From positions 6,570 through 70,569 of the forward strand of contig CBFFRP010000070.1 of NCBI GenBank assembly GCA_965644295.1: a DNA stretch of 64,000 bases. Direction: 5' to 3'. The notes beneath the pieces are model-generated. The model was not told the origin of the DNA, did no database searches, and was given only the letters and a program-made list of their open reading frames with translations. The translations under genes and the position numbers were made by a program. Below, one piece after another: positions 43,828 through 57,076 of the stretch. This DNA comes from Paraphysomonas bandaiensis (Eukaryota; Protista; Chrysophyceae). Positions within the stretch are counted from its first letter, which is position 1. Each line of letters opens with the position of its first letter.

Positions 43828-46800
43828 ATGGATCTCTTCGAAGAATGGCGCATGGATGAGTCCGAATCAGTTGCAGTCTCCGCCCCCGTTCATCAGGTGA
43901 CCCCTCAAGATATTTTTATGTTCCTACAGTGTATACACGCATATCTCCACAGCTCATATATACACCCTCCTCCTCCTCCTCCTCCTCATCTCTCTCAGCA
44001 GGAACAAGAGCAGGAGCAGGATATATTCTCTATCCGTCACTTAGACTGGAGTGTGAAGGCTCCCTCCAAGGCGAAGAAACACACTCGCACCATAACTAAA
44101 GTGAGGCTCGTCTATAGGCTCGTGCTGTCTAGATGTATATAGCAGCATGCTTGTATGTATGCTGACATGATATGTAACGATATGGCCATGTGGTGATGTG
44201 GTTACATGAGCAGGTCGCGGTGAACAACAACGTGTTTGTGCTGGGAACCTCGGATGGTGTTATTCTTCGGTGGAATATCGAGGCAGGAGGAGACGCTGAA
44301 GAAATAGAATTATCCAAGAAAGTGGAAGTAAGGCTCCCTCATCGTATACATAGTGTCTAAGCGCTATATATAGGACAATATTCACGATATATTTATTGAC
44401 TGCACTGCACACCATGTGATCGTATCTCTCAAGAACGGAGATGCATATTACCTCCACAGTAGAAGTAGTAAGGCGAGAAAGCTTTCTAAACTCAATGGCT
44501 CTGTGGAATGTGTTGCCTTCGATAGAACTCGAGTAAGCACCAATACTTCCTTTATATATTTTATTTCATCGCCACCTCCAGGCAACAGAGGCAAGCACGA
44601 AAAGCTTGTTGGTGGGCACGTCAACTGGTCGAGTATATGAATTGGTTATCGAAAGCTCTGGCAAAGAGAGAGTCTGTCAGCTCGTTCACCAGCTTGAAAA
44701 TCCCCACCCTATTGCATCTATATACTTTGAAAGTTATGCTATACACAGTACAGCACAGCCTCCCGGCTCGACAGGGGCACAAGAAGATGGTTAGACTACA
44801 AATGGAAAATCACTGACATCTCTAATACCTTGTTGTCCATTTTAGAGGGAGGAAATAGAATCTTTGTGATTCTCTCCACTTCGTCGCCGACGAGACTGTA
44901 CCACTTTATAGGGGGCCCTTCTTTTCAACAGCTTTTTCAAGACTATAAAACCACAGGTAGAACCCCTATTTATGTTTATCTTAGCGTTTGTGCGAAGTTG
45001 TTGATATAGATTGTAGGGTCATCCAGCTTTACAGAGCTTCCAGGAACCATCGATTGTGCTTCCCTTCATTGTTACAGTAAACGCCATCCAGAGTTGGTAC
45101 AGGCGTATGCATTGGTAACGCAAATGGGCCTCTATCATGGATCTATTTTGCTGTCTACGTCAGCCCCCCAGACCAGGTGAGTAGCATCACAACTATTAGT
45201 TGTGTACTGAAATGCAGCGTATACTATGTCGTTGCTGAACTTTTGCTACAGTGCGGACAATGTTCTCATGGAAGCTGGTTTGATGCCTTACATTCCTCCT
45301 CAAGGCGTATCTAGTCGTATGTTGCCAACGTCAGTTGTGGTCACTGAGTTTCATTTTCTCTTACTTTACCCACATGCCATGGTGTGCCTCAGCAGAATCA
45401 CAGGTAGGTGTAAAATGCATGAAGCTAATTGTGGAGTAGAATACGCCATATGTATATGTGTTTGCAGTTGTTTTGAAGTAGCGTGTTTTGCTCCTATAGT
45501 TTCTTCTCGTCCTTGGCGATTATTTAACAACGTCGTTATTCCATTCAGGGGAGGTGCAGCAGGAGGACAATCTCCTTTTGGTGCTTTCCAGTGGTGTTGG
45601 TCTGGGTGAGGATAGTGGGGAGCCCGTTTCTCTCATAAAAGACCCCGTGAAGAATGCGCTCTGGCTGGTGACAACCACGTCTATATTTCAGGTATGAACT
45701 TATCTTGAGGTTGTTGTGCTTTCTGGCAATTGTTTAGCTTCTTGCGGGTTTTGCCGTACCATATTTCCAGTTATTGACCGTGATATAGATAACTACAAAA
45801 TCTGAGAACAGAAACGTGTGGTCGATGTACCTAGCTAAAGCGGTACAGGGTGGTGACCCTCGATTATTTGACACTGCTCATCAGTTCTGTAGGAAAGAGG
45901 TAACGATTCCTATCCCTAATATATACTTATACCCATTGTTCTGCCTTGTCGTTTTGTAATATTGGAATGTATAGGAGCAACGACGAAGTGTTCATAGGGC
46001 ACAAGCAGCGTACTATCTTAGCAAGGGAAATCCAGAGAGAGCGGCCACCCACTTTGCCGTAACAGGAATACCATTCGAAGAGGTGCCATGATCCACATGC
46101 GCATACATTCAAACTGTTCGCTTATACCACTTAAATGTTATCTCATTGTGTTTGGATTCATGCAGGTCGTCCTTCTTCTACTCTCGTCAAAAGGCACAGC
46201 GTCAGCTCCAGTAATGCCCCACCTCTCAATTGACCAATCGCCATCCAGTTTTTCACTTTTGCTGGATATTGGGGAAATCGAAGTGTCTGATAGTACGGCC
46301 GTGTCTCTTCGAGTATATCTTCAGGAGAAACTCCGTATGCTACCTGCGGGCTCTAAAAGTCAACGTACAATGATTGCCACGTGGTTATGTGAAGTCTATT
46401 TACACACCCTAGCTGTTGATCGTGATCGTGAGGGAGGGGTCGCTGGAGAGTCGAAAACAGGTCGTATGTTCAAAGACTTTCTACGGAACAACAGGTGATA
46501 TCATTTTCGTGTATTGCATGCACCACACATACTATACATACTTGTAGTGGAGTATTTCGTATGTTAATCGCTTCCGCCAACCTGTAAATATTTGACTTTT
46601 TCAAAACATAGAGGTACTCTCGACACTGCGACCACTATCTCCCTTTTGGTATCCCGTGGACGCGATTTTCGGCCACTGCTACTGTTTTATTGCCGAATAG
46701 TTGGTGATTATGAGCGAGTGTTGAGTCACTACGTTAGCGAAGGACTATACGCGGATGCAGTTTCAGTACTACAAGACTCTCCGATTGAAAAGGTAAATTT

Positions 46801-48360
46801 GCACTCTCATTGTAAGTTCTGCATGACATACATTTTGTAGGTGGAAGGTTTACTGTATAAAAAAGCACCCGTCCTTATGGAACATCATCCTGAGCTGACT
46901 GCCCGCCTTCTGTTATCGAAGCCATATCTCAGGCCGACTAGCCTACTTCCTGCGTTATTCAGGTATTCGGAAGTGCTGGATCGGCAGTACGCTCGTCTTG
47001 AGAGCAGACGCAAGGCCATGTCCCATCTTGACCAGAAAAGCTTCGTGAGTCCTCTTGGGGAGCCGAGAACCAGCAATGAAGAACCAATTATGCAAGTTGC
47101 TGATGCTGAAGAGGAAATTGTTTTGCTGGATGAGGACAGCGATGGGAACAAAAAGAATTTTGCAATATGGTACCTTGAAGAGACATTAAAGGCTGCTGCT
47201 GCGGATGGGGGAATATATATTGAACCTCCAGTGTATCACGCACTGATATGGTTTCTCGCCAAATATGACGATGACTCAGAAGAGGGCCTTTTGAATGTGA
47301 TATGCCCATTGGTAGATGGTACGTATGGCGATGAAGGAGTCATAATGGACAAAGATGGAATGGACTTAGCATTGGCTTTGAGAGTCTGCCGTCGATATAG
47401 CAGGACACGAGCGTGTGTATATCTCTATGTGTTGCTTGGAGCGATGGAGAAAGCAGTAGCTTTGGCTCTCGATGTTGATGTAGATCTCGCGAAATCAATC
47501 GCAGCGCGCCCTGTGGAGTATGGCATCGCCAAAAAGCTTTGGCTGGAGATTGTGCAACATATCATAGCAGTATGTCCAGATAACGATATGGGCAGAGTGT
47601 TGGGTGTTCTCAAAGAGAGCGGAGGTGTTTTGAGAATTGAGGTGAATAGCTTCGGCAACCAAATTTTGAGTGCCTAACATGGTTGTCGTGCAGGATATCT
47701 TGGAACACCTTCCGGACTTTACTGAGATAGATCAGTTCAAGGATGAAATTTATGGAACACTTGAAGATTATGCGGGACGAGTGGAGGCAATGAGAGAAGA
47801 AATGGAAGAATTGTCGTCAGCAGCCGAAATGATAGAGACGGTGTGTTGTGTTTGTATTTTATACTACGCTTTTCACAAAGTTTGTTTTGTAGGAGCTTAC
47901 CTCTGTCACTACTCGAGGATATGGTGTCAGGGCTGGTCAGGTGTGCGAAATATGTGAGGATCCTATTCTAGGTCGACAGAGGCAATTTTACCTTTTTCCC
48001 TGTGGCCATGGGTTCCATGAAGACTGCCTGCTGAAGAAGTCACCCGAGTATTTAGACAGTGATACTGATGTAAGGATCCAGTAAATTCGTGCCACCGCCT
48101 AGTATAGCGAATATCTAATTTGTATTGTTTTTTCGCAGGTGAAACTAGCTTTATCCCTGGAAGAGCAAATTAAAGGTGTGGCTGCTCGAGCTAAGGATAA
48201 CGACAAACGGTCTCTAGCCCAACTAGAGCAGTTACAAGCCGAATTGGATGGCCTTATCGCAGCTGACTGTCCACTGTGCGGAGATAGCATGATTCGGTCT
48301 GTGGGGAGGTCCTTAATCTCATCCGGTGATGCACTGGAAGCGAAGTCCTGGGAACTGTGA
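43828..48360 (+). CDS. VPS18: Vacuolar protein sorting 18 (Pep3; HOPS/CORVET subunit), multi-exon
   Basis: TEFHFLLLY, ENRNVWSMYL, FEEVVLLL, MIATWLCEVYL, LRIEDILEHLPDFTEIDQFKDEI; C-terminal RING CEIC...FPCGHGFHEDC...CPLCG. Confidence 0.92.
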
Positions 48361-49508
48361 GTATCTCTTATAAGCATGAAAACCGTGACATATTTGGACT
48401 GACTACGATGTGGAAGAGAATGCTAGTATGTGCTTTGTTGTTTCTGCCTATTCAGCTGTCGTGATTCCAATGCTTAGATGTATTAAGTGTTGAGTAGTGA
48501 CTGCATTAAAAAATATGTCACATTTACGTTCGTTAGTTTGGGTGACCCTTTTCGTTAGTTTTTATGATTTCTATTAGAAGTAAGCTACGTGTAGGCAGAA
48601 TGTATTGTCAATCCCTCTACCTATCACCCAGCAATACGTGGCGGTCGTACGCAAAACGTATATTAATCGGTATATTAAGCCGAAGAAAACAATACGTATG
48701 TAGTATATAGCTGCTATCATAAATAACTAAAGGAGTGCTGACTATATATGCTGACGGTTGCACACGAACTGGTGATAATGATTGAAAACTGTCCGCGGCG
48801 GATCTAACAAAGAATATAATGACCATGGTGTGTAAATGGCTTGTATGGTGAATGGTGAACGCATATAACTTGTTACAGGTAAAATAGTCACAAGTAGCTA
48901 TATATTATACATTTGCTGCCAACGTAGATTGCTCAACTGTTATTTCATCTCAGATACGACGATATATTAATTCGATCCTTTTACTTCCGGGTAAGTGAGG
49001 ATTTGTTTCCAACTTAAATCTTCATGGCCGTCCTTTCGAAACAGTGTTATGAGTAATAGCAGTAAAACCATGAACAATATATAACCGGTCTAAAATTATG
49101 AAGAGGTCGAGAGAGATCTCCTCCCCACTTTTTGTATTAAATTGCAGGTTTTGAAATAAGTTATCATTATAGTTATCACTAATATTAGAAATACTGCATA
49201 CAATAAAACGAAACAGTACCAGCATGAACCTACATCACGCCCAAACATGGTTACATTAACCTACTAAGACAGATAGCTACTACCAACTACTGCATTAACA
49301 CATTCGCAACACAAGAACCTCACAGCAGATAACCTCACCACACTACCTGTGACGTATATATGCGCGTGACTTGTCTCACACATATTAATTGTATGAAACA
49401 AACGATGTCATGCTTATATACACACAGGAATAGACTGATAGTTCATTCTCACGTTTACCAGGGTGGATGGAGTTGTATTTGCGTTATTGAAGAGAGTAGA
49501 TGTTGAAG

Positions 49509-52156
49509 TTACATAAGAATAGTCTGTTTCTCGCAGGCTTCACCGTAAAATCCAGTAAAACACCGACATATGCCGCTTTTGTAATCGCATATTCCGCGGC
49601 CGGAACAGTCTCTGCCTTGTTCATTGCCATAACCTTGCAGTGGGTCCGCCATAGATGGGCATTCCTACAGTCGCATAAGGGTGGACAACTCAATCGACAG
49701 ATTCATACCTGTTCACTACAGTCAGGTCCCCTCCAACCATAGTCACACAGACACCCCCATATCTTATACGCATCCCATGGGGTGTCATACACACGCCCTG
49801 CCCTTGCTGCTAAGTACTTCTCGGGTAAGCACTCACCTCTGTCGTTGCAGTCCTAGAAAAAACCATAAGCAAAAACGCTTTTATTTCCAAGTGAAAACAA
49901 CACAAGAAGTAGACTAACACACGGGTTACTTATACTAAGCATTACATGACCATGCTAGACAATCTGGCCTGTAGCTAGATATAGTGCAACATACATTTGG
50001 ACATTCACTTCGTTGACATGACAGTCCGCTGTAGCCTTCGAAACAGTGGCACTCGCTGCAAAGCAATATCATTATATCTATTTGAAGCACAGAAATAAAG
50101 CACATACCCAGTCGTCCTGTCGCAGATTCCTTTGTTTGAGCACTCCACCCACGGCCGTGCATCATTGGAACCCACAACTTTTTCCGCTACCCAGGCAAAG
50201 TTTCTAATCACAATCAATTACGATCAATACATTAATAACAGGAAAATGGTCATATCATCACAAACTGATAAAAAGATGTATTCTTATGTTCGAAAATGCA
50301 GAGGATAACGTAGCAAAAACCTACTTTGGGCAGGTATGTAACGAACAATCTGCCCCGGTCCACTCATCCTCTCCGTCCAAACCAGGGTTACACTTACACC
50401 TATACGCATCATTTAGTAAACACAGGTGTGCATATTTCAGTACGATACGCATAACAACAACCACAACAAACACGTAGAATGTTTCTCAGTTACCTGTCAC
50501 TAAGTCCACTACATTCCCCATGGCCACTACAAAGGTTTTCGCACATGCCGGCTCTTCTCCACCTTTACACAACGTATAACACATGATACATTGCACTTAC
50601 GAACGCACCACAGCACACACAAATATGAATACAAGCAGATAATACTTATAATATATACGTTCTCCACAACAGAACAGGTCCCATAGTTACCTTCGACGGT
50701 GGGTCCACACAGTATGATGGTAATCCTCTGGTAGGTACGACGGTGCCGACGAAGGAATTGACGTAGGCTGCCCAGTCGGCTGACCAGTCGGTTGCCCAGT
50801 AGGTTGCCCAGTAGGTTGACCGGTGGGTTGCCCAGTAGGCTGACCAGTGGGCTGTCCAGTCGGCTGCCCAGTGGGCTGCCCAGTGGGCTGACTTGTAGGC
50901 TGACCAGTAGGTTGACCAGTTGGCTGCCCAGTCGGCTGACCAGTTGGAATGCACGTCGGTTGGCCAGTGGGTTGGCCGGTGGGTTGCCCAGTCGGCTGAC
51001 CAGTTGGAATACATGTCGGCTGCCCAGTGGGCTGCCCAGTGGGCTGACCTGTAGGCTGACCAGTGGGTTGACCAGTTGGCTGCCCAGTCGGCTGACCAGT
51101 TGGTATGCACGTGGGTTGGCCAGTGGGTTGGCCGGTGGGTTGCCCAGTCGGCTGACCAGTTGGAATGCATGTCGGTTGACCAGTGGGCTGTCCAGTGGGC
51201 TGACCTGTAGGCTGACCAGTTGGAATACCTGTCGGTTGACCTGTGGGTTGACCTGTGGGCTGACCAGTTGGCTGTCCGGTAGGTTGACCTGTTGGCTGTC
51301 CAGTGGGCTGTCCTGTAGGCTGACCAGTAGGTTGCCCAGTGGGCTGTCCAGTAGGTTGCCCGGTGGGTTGCCCGGTGGGTTGGCCTGTGGGCTGTCCAGT
51401 CGGCTGCCCTGTAGGTTGCCCTGTAGGTTGACCTGTGGGTTGCCCAGTAGGTTGGCCAGTAGGCGACGTGGGCACACTGGTTGGTTGGCCAGTGGGTTGA
51501 CCCGTAGGTTGACCCGTTGGCTGTCCTGTTGGTTGCCCAGTAGGAGAGGTCGGAACACTAGTTGGTTGTCCAGTAGGTTGCCCAGTGGGTTGACCTGTGG
51601 GCTGCCCAGTTGGCTGTCCGGTCGGTTGACCAGTTGGCTGTCCAGTAGGTTGCCCGGTGGGCTGTCCGGTGGGTTGACCCGTAGGCTGTCCAGTAGGCTG
51701 ACCTGTGGGCTGTCCGGTGGGCTGTCCTGTTGGTTGTCCAGTAGGAGAGGTCGGAACACTAGTTGGTTGTCCTGTAGGTTGCCCAGTGGGTTGGCCAGTG
51801 GGCTGTCCTGTTGGTTGCCCAGTAGGAGAGGTCGGAACACTAGTTGGTTGCCCTGTAGGTTGCCCGGTGGGTTGGCCAGTGGGCTGTCCTGTTGGTTGCC
51901 CAGTAGGAGAGGTCGGAACACTAGTTGGTTGTCCAGTAGGTTGTCCGGTGGGTTGCCCAGTAGGCTGTCCAGTTGGCTGCCCAGTAGGCTGTCCAGTTGG
52001 CTGCCCAGTCGGCTGACCAGTTGGCTGTCCAGTAGGTTGCCCGGTGGGCTGTCCGGTGGGTTGACCACTAGGTACACTTGTGGGAGCATTTGTAGAAGTG
52101 GAAATCATCACTACACATGCCAGAAGAAGTACGAATAATTTAAAATGCTTAACCAT
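49509..52156 (-). CDS. Secreted Sig/Ocm (mastigoneme-type) EGF-like repeat protein with a long N-terminal (PTGQ)n stalk; multi-exon
   Basis: Signal peptide [17 protein letters not shown]-like exons [54 protein letters not shown]...EKQT. Confidence 0.8.
50765..52066 (-). repeat. Coding 12-bp minisatellite (PTGQ) with PTSVPTS and PTCI spacers
   Basis: About 100 units with synonymous codon variation. Confidence 0.97.
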
Positions 52157-54430
52157 TTTAGATATTACAGAGACGTAAAAAGAAATAAACAAATAAATAA
52201 AAAGGAGAATCTAATGACAGTTTCGCTCCTGCAATGTGCGAAAAGCACTAAACTATTAAGTATCAATGCTCTTCATGCACTGTATTACTTTCAGAGTGTT
52301 ATATATATCACATGGATCTCTTCCAAACCAATTGCAGTGCAACATAATCGTGTGTGTGTTGAGTGGGATGCATCTAGATGTGTATGCAGCAGCACTCTGC
52401 ACTCTGCTCTGTATATACATACACACACATTTCCGTTGAAAGGCGTTTCACATCTTACATATAGCATAATACAGTAGACTACAGCGAATACAGTATGTAT
52501 TTTAGCAATTGTATAGTTGTATATACACATATACAAGCCTGTAGTTTAATCATATTGCTAAACTTATGCGTATATATACTGAGAATACACAGTAGGGAGA
52601 GTACAGTTGAGAGGATATCATGAACTTATATACAGCGTATATCGTAACTCAGTATGACGTATACCGTACACCGCTGCTCTCTATAAGACTACAGTACATA
52701 GAGAAAATAAGAGATTAAAATCCCATATTTTTATATCTATTTAAGGGAAATTTAGTATAAAAAAACGATGATTTTTCGATGAAATATGCACAACCACCCC
52801 CAGTATGCATCTCTGTAGAGCTTCAGTCATATACACACATGAGCAAGATACACTCATCGTCTTAGCTAATGAGACCCACTTGACTCTCCCTGGTTATGAA
52901 TACCTCTGTTCGAGGAGTTGAGATGAGTCATAACACACGATGAGCATCATGTGACACCCTCTCGTAGACACTGTATGCATATGTATGCATATGCTCATGT
53001 GTGTATATGTATGTATGTATAGCTGGAGTTGTCGTGTCTCACTGCACTCTCATTGTTTCTGTTACTTCCTCACTACATAAAGTGAAACAATTCCTCTGAT
53101 GCCCCCTCCCTCCCTCCCTCTCTATACATGGATACACACACACTGCAGTGAGACTTAAGAGACACACGCCACTAAACCAACAGAGAAGTGAAACCGTTAC
53201 ATCGTGCATATATATATATATATGTGTGGTCGCTTATACAGTAGTGAGAATACAGTCGATGTTGAAGTAATTCATGAATCATGTTACTGTATACGTTCTA
53301 ATGTATACAACCCTGACGACACGTGTGTGTTGTCTAATGTACACACGACCACTAGTCTTTCGTTAGTATCCAGTATTCAGGAATAGTGCTCTATATAAAC
53401 TTATTTGAGTTCCATTCATGTTCATGGTGTGGCAATTCGTACTTACTTACATACCATAGTAGTAGAAGTGGTACTACAGACTTCATTCGCTTGTGCTTTT
53501 ACGTTGAAAATTGAAAATATGTTATATCTAAGACTTGACTTTCGTGGCTAGTAGGTATTAACTAAGTCACGACTATGCAACCATATGCTGTATAGCAGAG
53601 CCTGCCTGGTAACCATTATTGGCCCATTAATGGTAGTCCAGTTCCCCGAAATTATATTGGCTATTAATACCTACGTAGATAATACCGCTCATAATAGATA
53701 GTGTGGTGCTTCATTAATTACTAATTTAGTTAAATAACAGCAGTCTACACTCTTAACTACTCATCATAATTCTTTTCAACCTCGCTTTATATCTTGCTTT
53801 AGGCGATCATTGCACAACGAACAAATATGATACACAGGATTCTCCAATTCACTCGGAAGAGGACTCTGAAAATTACACTGCAGTCAACTTTATTTGTCAC
53901 CATGCCACCACCATCGTTGCGTAATGTCTAGTACATTATAATTATTTTGTAGTGAATGTCTTCTTATTAGCAATAGGCGTTTAAGAGTCAGAACTAATTT
54001 AACTAACTAGTTTAACTAACTTGTTTAACTCTGAAATCCTACTATTTAACGCTGCGAGAGCTGCTTGTCCGTCACCAAGGTGCCGCCACTGTGGCTCAAA
54101 TTATTTTGAACCGTTGTTTAGCGTCTTTCAAACTTGGGAAAAAGAGTGTATTCTATTAGAATATGGATCTTATTCTAGTATATTCAGTATGTCACTTCAA
54201 GACAATGTACGAGAATACAGTGAAATATAGTGATGTACAAATGCTGTGATGATATTGAGAAACTGAAATAGTTTGATCGTTCAAGATATGTTCAGTAACG
54301 AGAGGTTCGCATATGTAGGATATTATGCAGGGATTATAATGAGTTAGTGTTGGTTATCACAACTTCGTGTAAACGATATTAATAAATCTATCTAGTCTTA
54401 CGACAAATTCTCTCTGTGATCTAGTGTAAA

Positions 54431-57076
54431 ATGAGCGTTTCTCAACATGGTAGCGAGCGAGGAGGAGAGAAGGAGGATAGAGGAGTAGTGCCACAGTTTA
54501 ATGAGAGCAATGTTGAACAATGGATTGAGGACTTCGAAACATTCCTCATGAGGAAAGAGCAAAGTGAAGTAGCGGTGGAGCCACCACCGAAGGAAAGCGA
54601 CTTTGGGGAACAGCCACTCACGTTAATGGAGGAGAAGTCTTACAGACAGGCTGTGAAGAAGTACTGGAAGGCGAATGCCATAGCGTATTCGTACTGCAGA
54701 GAGGCAGTGCAAACATCTTCGAAGGCGCTTCAGAAATTCCATCTTCTACATAAAGGGTTCAAGGCTGATGGAAAAGGAAGCAACAGGTTTAAGGCGCATA
54801 TTATGATTGATGAGTTGAAGAAGTGCTTTGCTGGAGGGAAGCAAAACAAGATCAGTGAGCTGTTGACTCAGTATGGATCTTTCCGTATGCGTCCGGAGGA
54901 GACTGCGAAGGACTATATAATACGGTTTGAAATACTGCTGAAAGAGCTACAGGAGCAGCAGCAGGACATATCGGAGCTCTCAAAAATAACACGGTTACGA
55001 GAAGGTCTGTTGAATGAAGAATATGCTCCTCTGAATGTTGCTTTGTATTTGATGCCTGATGATGTTGATTATGCAACATTATCAAGGAAGATAGAACGGT
55101 ATGATGATACCATTCCTGGAAGGATTGCGTTAGAGCGGAAACGCAAGAAGGTGGAGGAGCTGAATTTCATTGAAAAGAGCAAACGGTCTCGAACGGAACG
55201 GGATAAGCGTAAGAAGGGCAACTGTAGATATTGCAGGAAAGAAGGAATTCCTCATAGCCATTCAACTGAACAGTGCAGGAGGAAGCAGAGGAAGAAGGAT
55301 GGAGAGATATCAGGGCAGCGTCCTGGAAGTGCGGAGTACACGGGATGCAGAAATTGCAAGTCTCTGGAACATCTTGCTGCTGATTGTCCAACGACGAAGA
55401 AAAAGCATTCTAGAAGAGGAGAGAAAGGGAAGAATCATGGTAGGAAGCCGGACAAACGGTTGCTGACAGTAGAGAATATACGGCGTGGAGAACCAGCAGA
55501 TTTCTCTGATGAAGATGAAGCTAATATGATCGAGGATGTTATGAAATTGTCATGCAATATACATGAAACGAATATATGTAGTGTAAATGATGACATGCAT
55601 TATACATATATTGACACCTGCTGTTCATCATCAATGTTCTTGATGAATGATGTGACCATGCTTGACACTCATATGAATACATCAAAGGTGATAAACGGCT
55701 CTAAGAAGGGATCAGAGATTCATATCACAAGTGTGGGTTCCCGTGGAGCATGGAGAGACATTGAAATTTCAGATCAGATCAATCGATGCCTGTGCTCCGG
55801 ACGTAAGCTGAACGAAATGGGATATAGACTCACGGTTTGGTATGGCATCCAAATATATGATTGTAATACGGGTGAGCTAGTACTGGAGGTACCCATGAAG
55901 AATGGCATGACAGCAGTTCCAACTCAGCAGCTGTTGGAGCTTCCAGATGTGTCTACACCGAGTAATTGTGAAGTAAATCTTAGCGATAGGACTGGTGAGG
56001 ACGAGCTGGAGTTGCTGCATCGGAGAGCGGGTCACTTCAACAAACATGCTTCAGTGGAGGCACATAAGAGGATGCTCATCATGGGTACAGGGTTGAAACG
56101 AAAACACCTCACAGCCAAGGTACACAAAAATCAGTGTTTGTGTGATGTGTGTGCCAGGTCTAAGATAACCCGAGTCAGCTTCCGAACGAAGGACGAGAAT
56201 TCCGTTAGACCGAATTTTTCAGCAGATATCGCAGTGTACTTAAATTGTCCTGCTAGAGGAGGTGAGAGGTATGTGTTAAAGATAACGCATCATGCCAGCA
56301 AAATGTTCTGGGCGACGGGTTTAGTCCACAGAACTGGGGAAGCGGTCTTAGAAGTCTTCAAAGAGCTATTTAGAGGAGATGTTAAAAGGTACAAGCTCAA
56401 GATGGAGCACTATCATGCAGATGGTGCAAGAGAATTAATCAGTGAAGAGCTGCGTCAGTATCTTAGGACACAGGAGTGCTATCAACATACGTGGAGCTCA
56501 ACAGACTCTCCAGAAATGAATGCCATAGAGGAGAGGAAGTTCAGAACTGCTGGAGAGATGACTCTTGCAATGCTAATCCAATCTGGACTGCCACCGCAAT
56601 TTTGGCTGGATGCATACATGGCAGCCAGATATATTTTGATTCGATTGCCAACGAAAACAGATAAAGGGTATATGTCTCCTATAGAGTTTCTAACGGGCGA
56701 GCCTCCAAATTTGAGATATCTTAGGGTATGGGGGTGTCGAACTTATGTTCTTTCACCGAAGGCGGATCGACGAAAGGATTGGGAGGATAAGGCTCTAGTT
56801 GGATATTTAATGGGTTACTCTGATGAGAAGGTAGGATACCATGTATATCTTCCTGAATCAAACAAGGTGGTGACTACAGTCCATATATTGACTGATGAGT
56901 CAACGCCATCACGATCAGAGAAGTATTTTGCAGAGATTGATGCTCTTCGAGTGCGGGAGGCCGCTAGACCCAAGCTTGCATCCGACTATGCCAGCTTAGA
57001 AGGAACGTATCATATTGATGATGAGGACGGACTTCTGTATAAGACAACAAGAGTTGTAGAACGTAAGGGGGTGTGA
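54431..57076 (+). CDS. Copia-B gag-protease-integrase (ATG inside the 5' LTR), ends at a frameshift
   Basis: CRYC..H...C and CRNCKSLEHLAADC knuckles; IDTCCS; HRRAGH..CDVC; YHADG; AIEER. Confidence 0.88.
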   Translation: MSVSQHGSERGGEKEDRGVVPQFNESNVEQWIEDFETFLMRKEQSEVAVEPPPKESDFGEQPLTLMEEKSYRQAVKKYWKANAIAYSYCREAVQTSSKALQKFHLLHKGFKADGKGSNRFKAHIMIDELKKCFAGGKQNKISELLTQYGSFRMRPEETAKDYIIRFEILLKELQEQQQDISELSKITRLREGLLNEEYAPLNVALYLMPDDVDYATLSRKIERYDDTIPGRIALERKRKKVEELNFIEKSKRSRTERDKRKKGNCRYCRKEGIPHSHSTEQCRRKQRKKDGEISGQRPGSAEYTGCRNCKSLEHLAADCPTTKKKHSRRGEKGKNHGRKPDKRLLTVENIRRGEPADFSDEDEANMIEDVMKLSCNIHETNICSVNDDMHYTYIDTCCSSSMFLMNDVTMLDTHMNTSKVINGSKKGSEIHITSVGSRGAWRDIEISDQINRCLCSGRKLNEMGYRLTVWYGIQIYDCNTGELVLEVPMKNGMTAVPTQQLLELPDVSTPSNCEVNLSDRTGEDELELLHRRAGHFNKHASVEAHKRMLIMGTGLKRKHLTAKVHKNQCLCDVCARSKITRVSFRTKDENSVRPNFSADIAVYLNCPARGGERYVLKITHHASKMFWATGLVHRTGEAVLEVFKELFRGDVKRYKLKMEHYHADGARELISEELRQYLRTQECYQHTWSSTDSPEMNAIEERKFRTAGEMTLAMLIQSGLPPQFWLDAYMAARYILIRLPTKTDKGYMSPIEFLTGEPPNLRYLRVWGCRTYVLSPKADRRKDWEDKALVGYLMGYSDEKVGYHVYLPESNKVVTTVHILTDESTPSRSEKYFAEIDALRVREAARPKLASDYASLEGTYHIDDEDGLLYKTTRVVERKGV

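Noticed and set aside
50765-52066. CRISPR-like array
   Set aside because: Tandem coding repeat with no unique spacers and no cas genes
50527-52138. Long alternative-frame and antisense ORFs over the PTGQ repeat
   Set aside because: By-products of a stop-poor 12-bp repeat. Only the PTGQ frame has a signal peptide and a conserved peptide.
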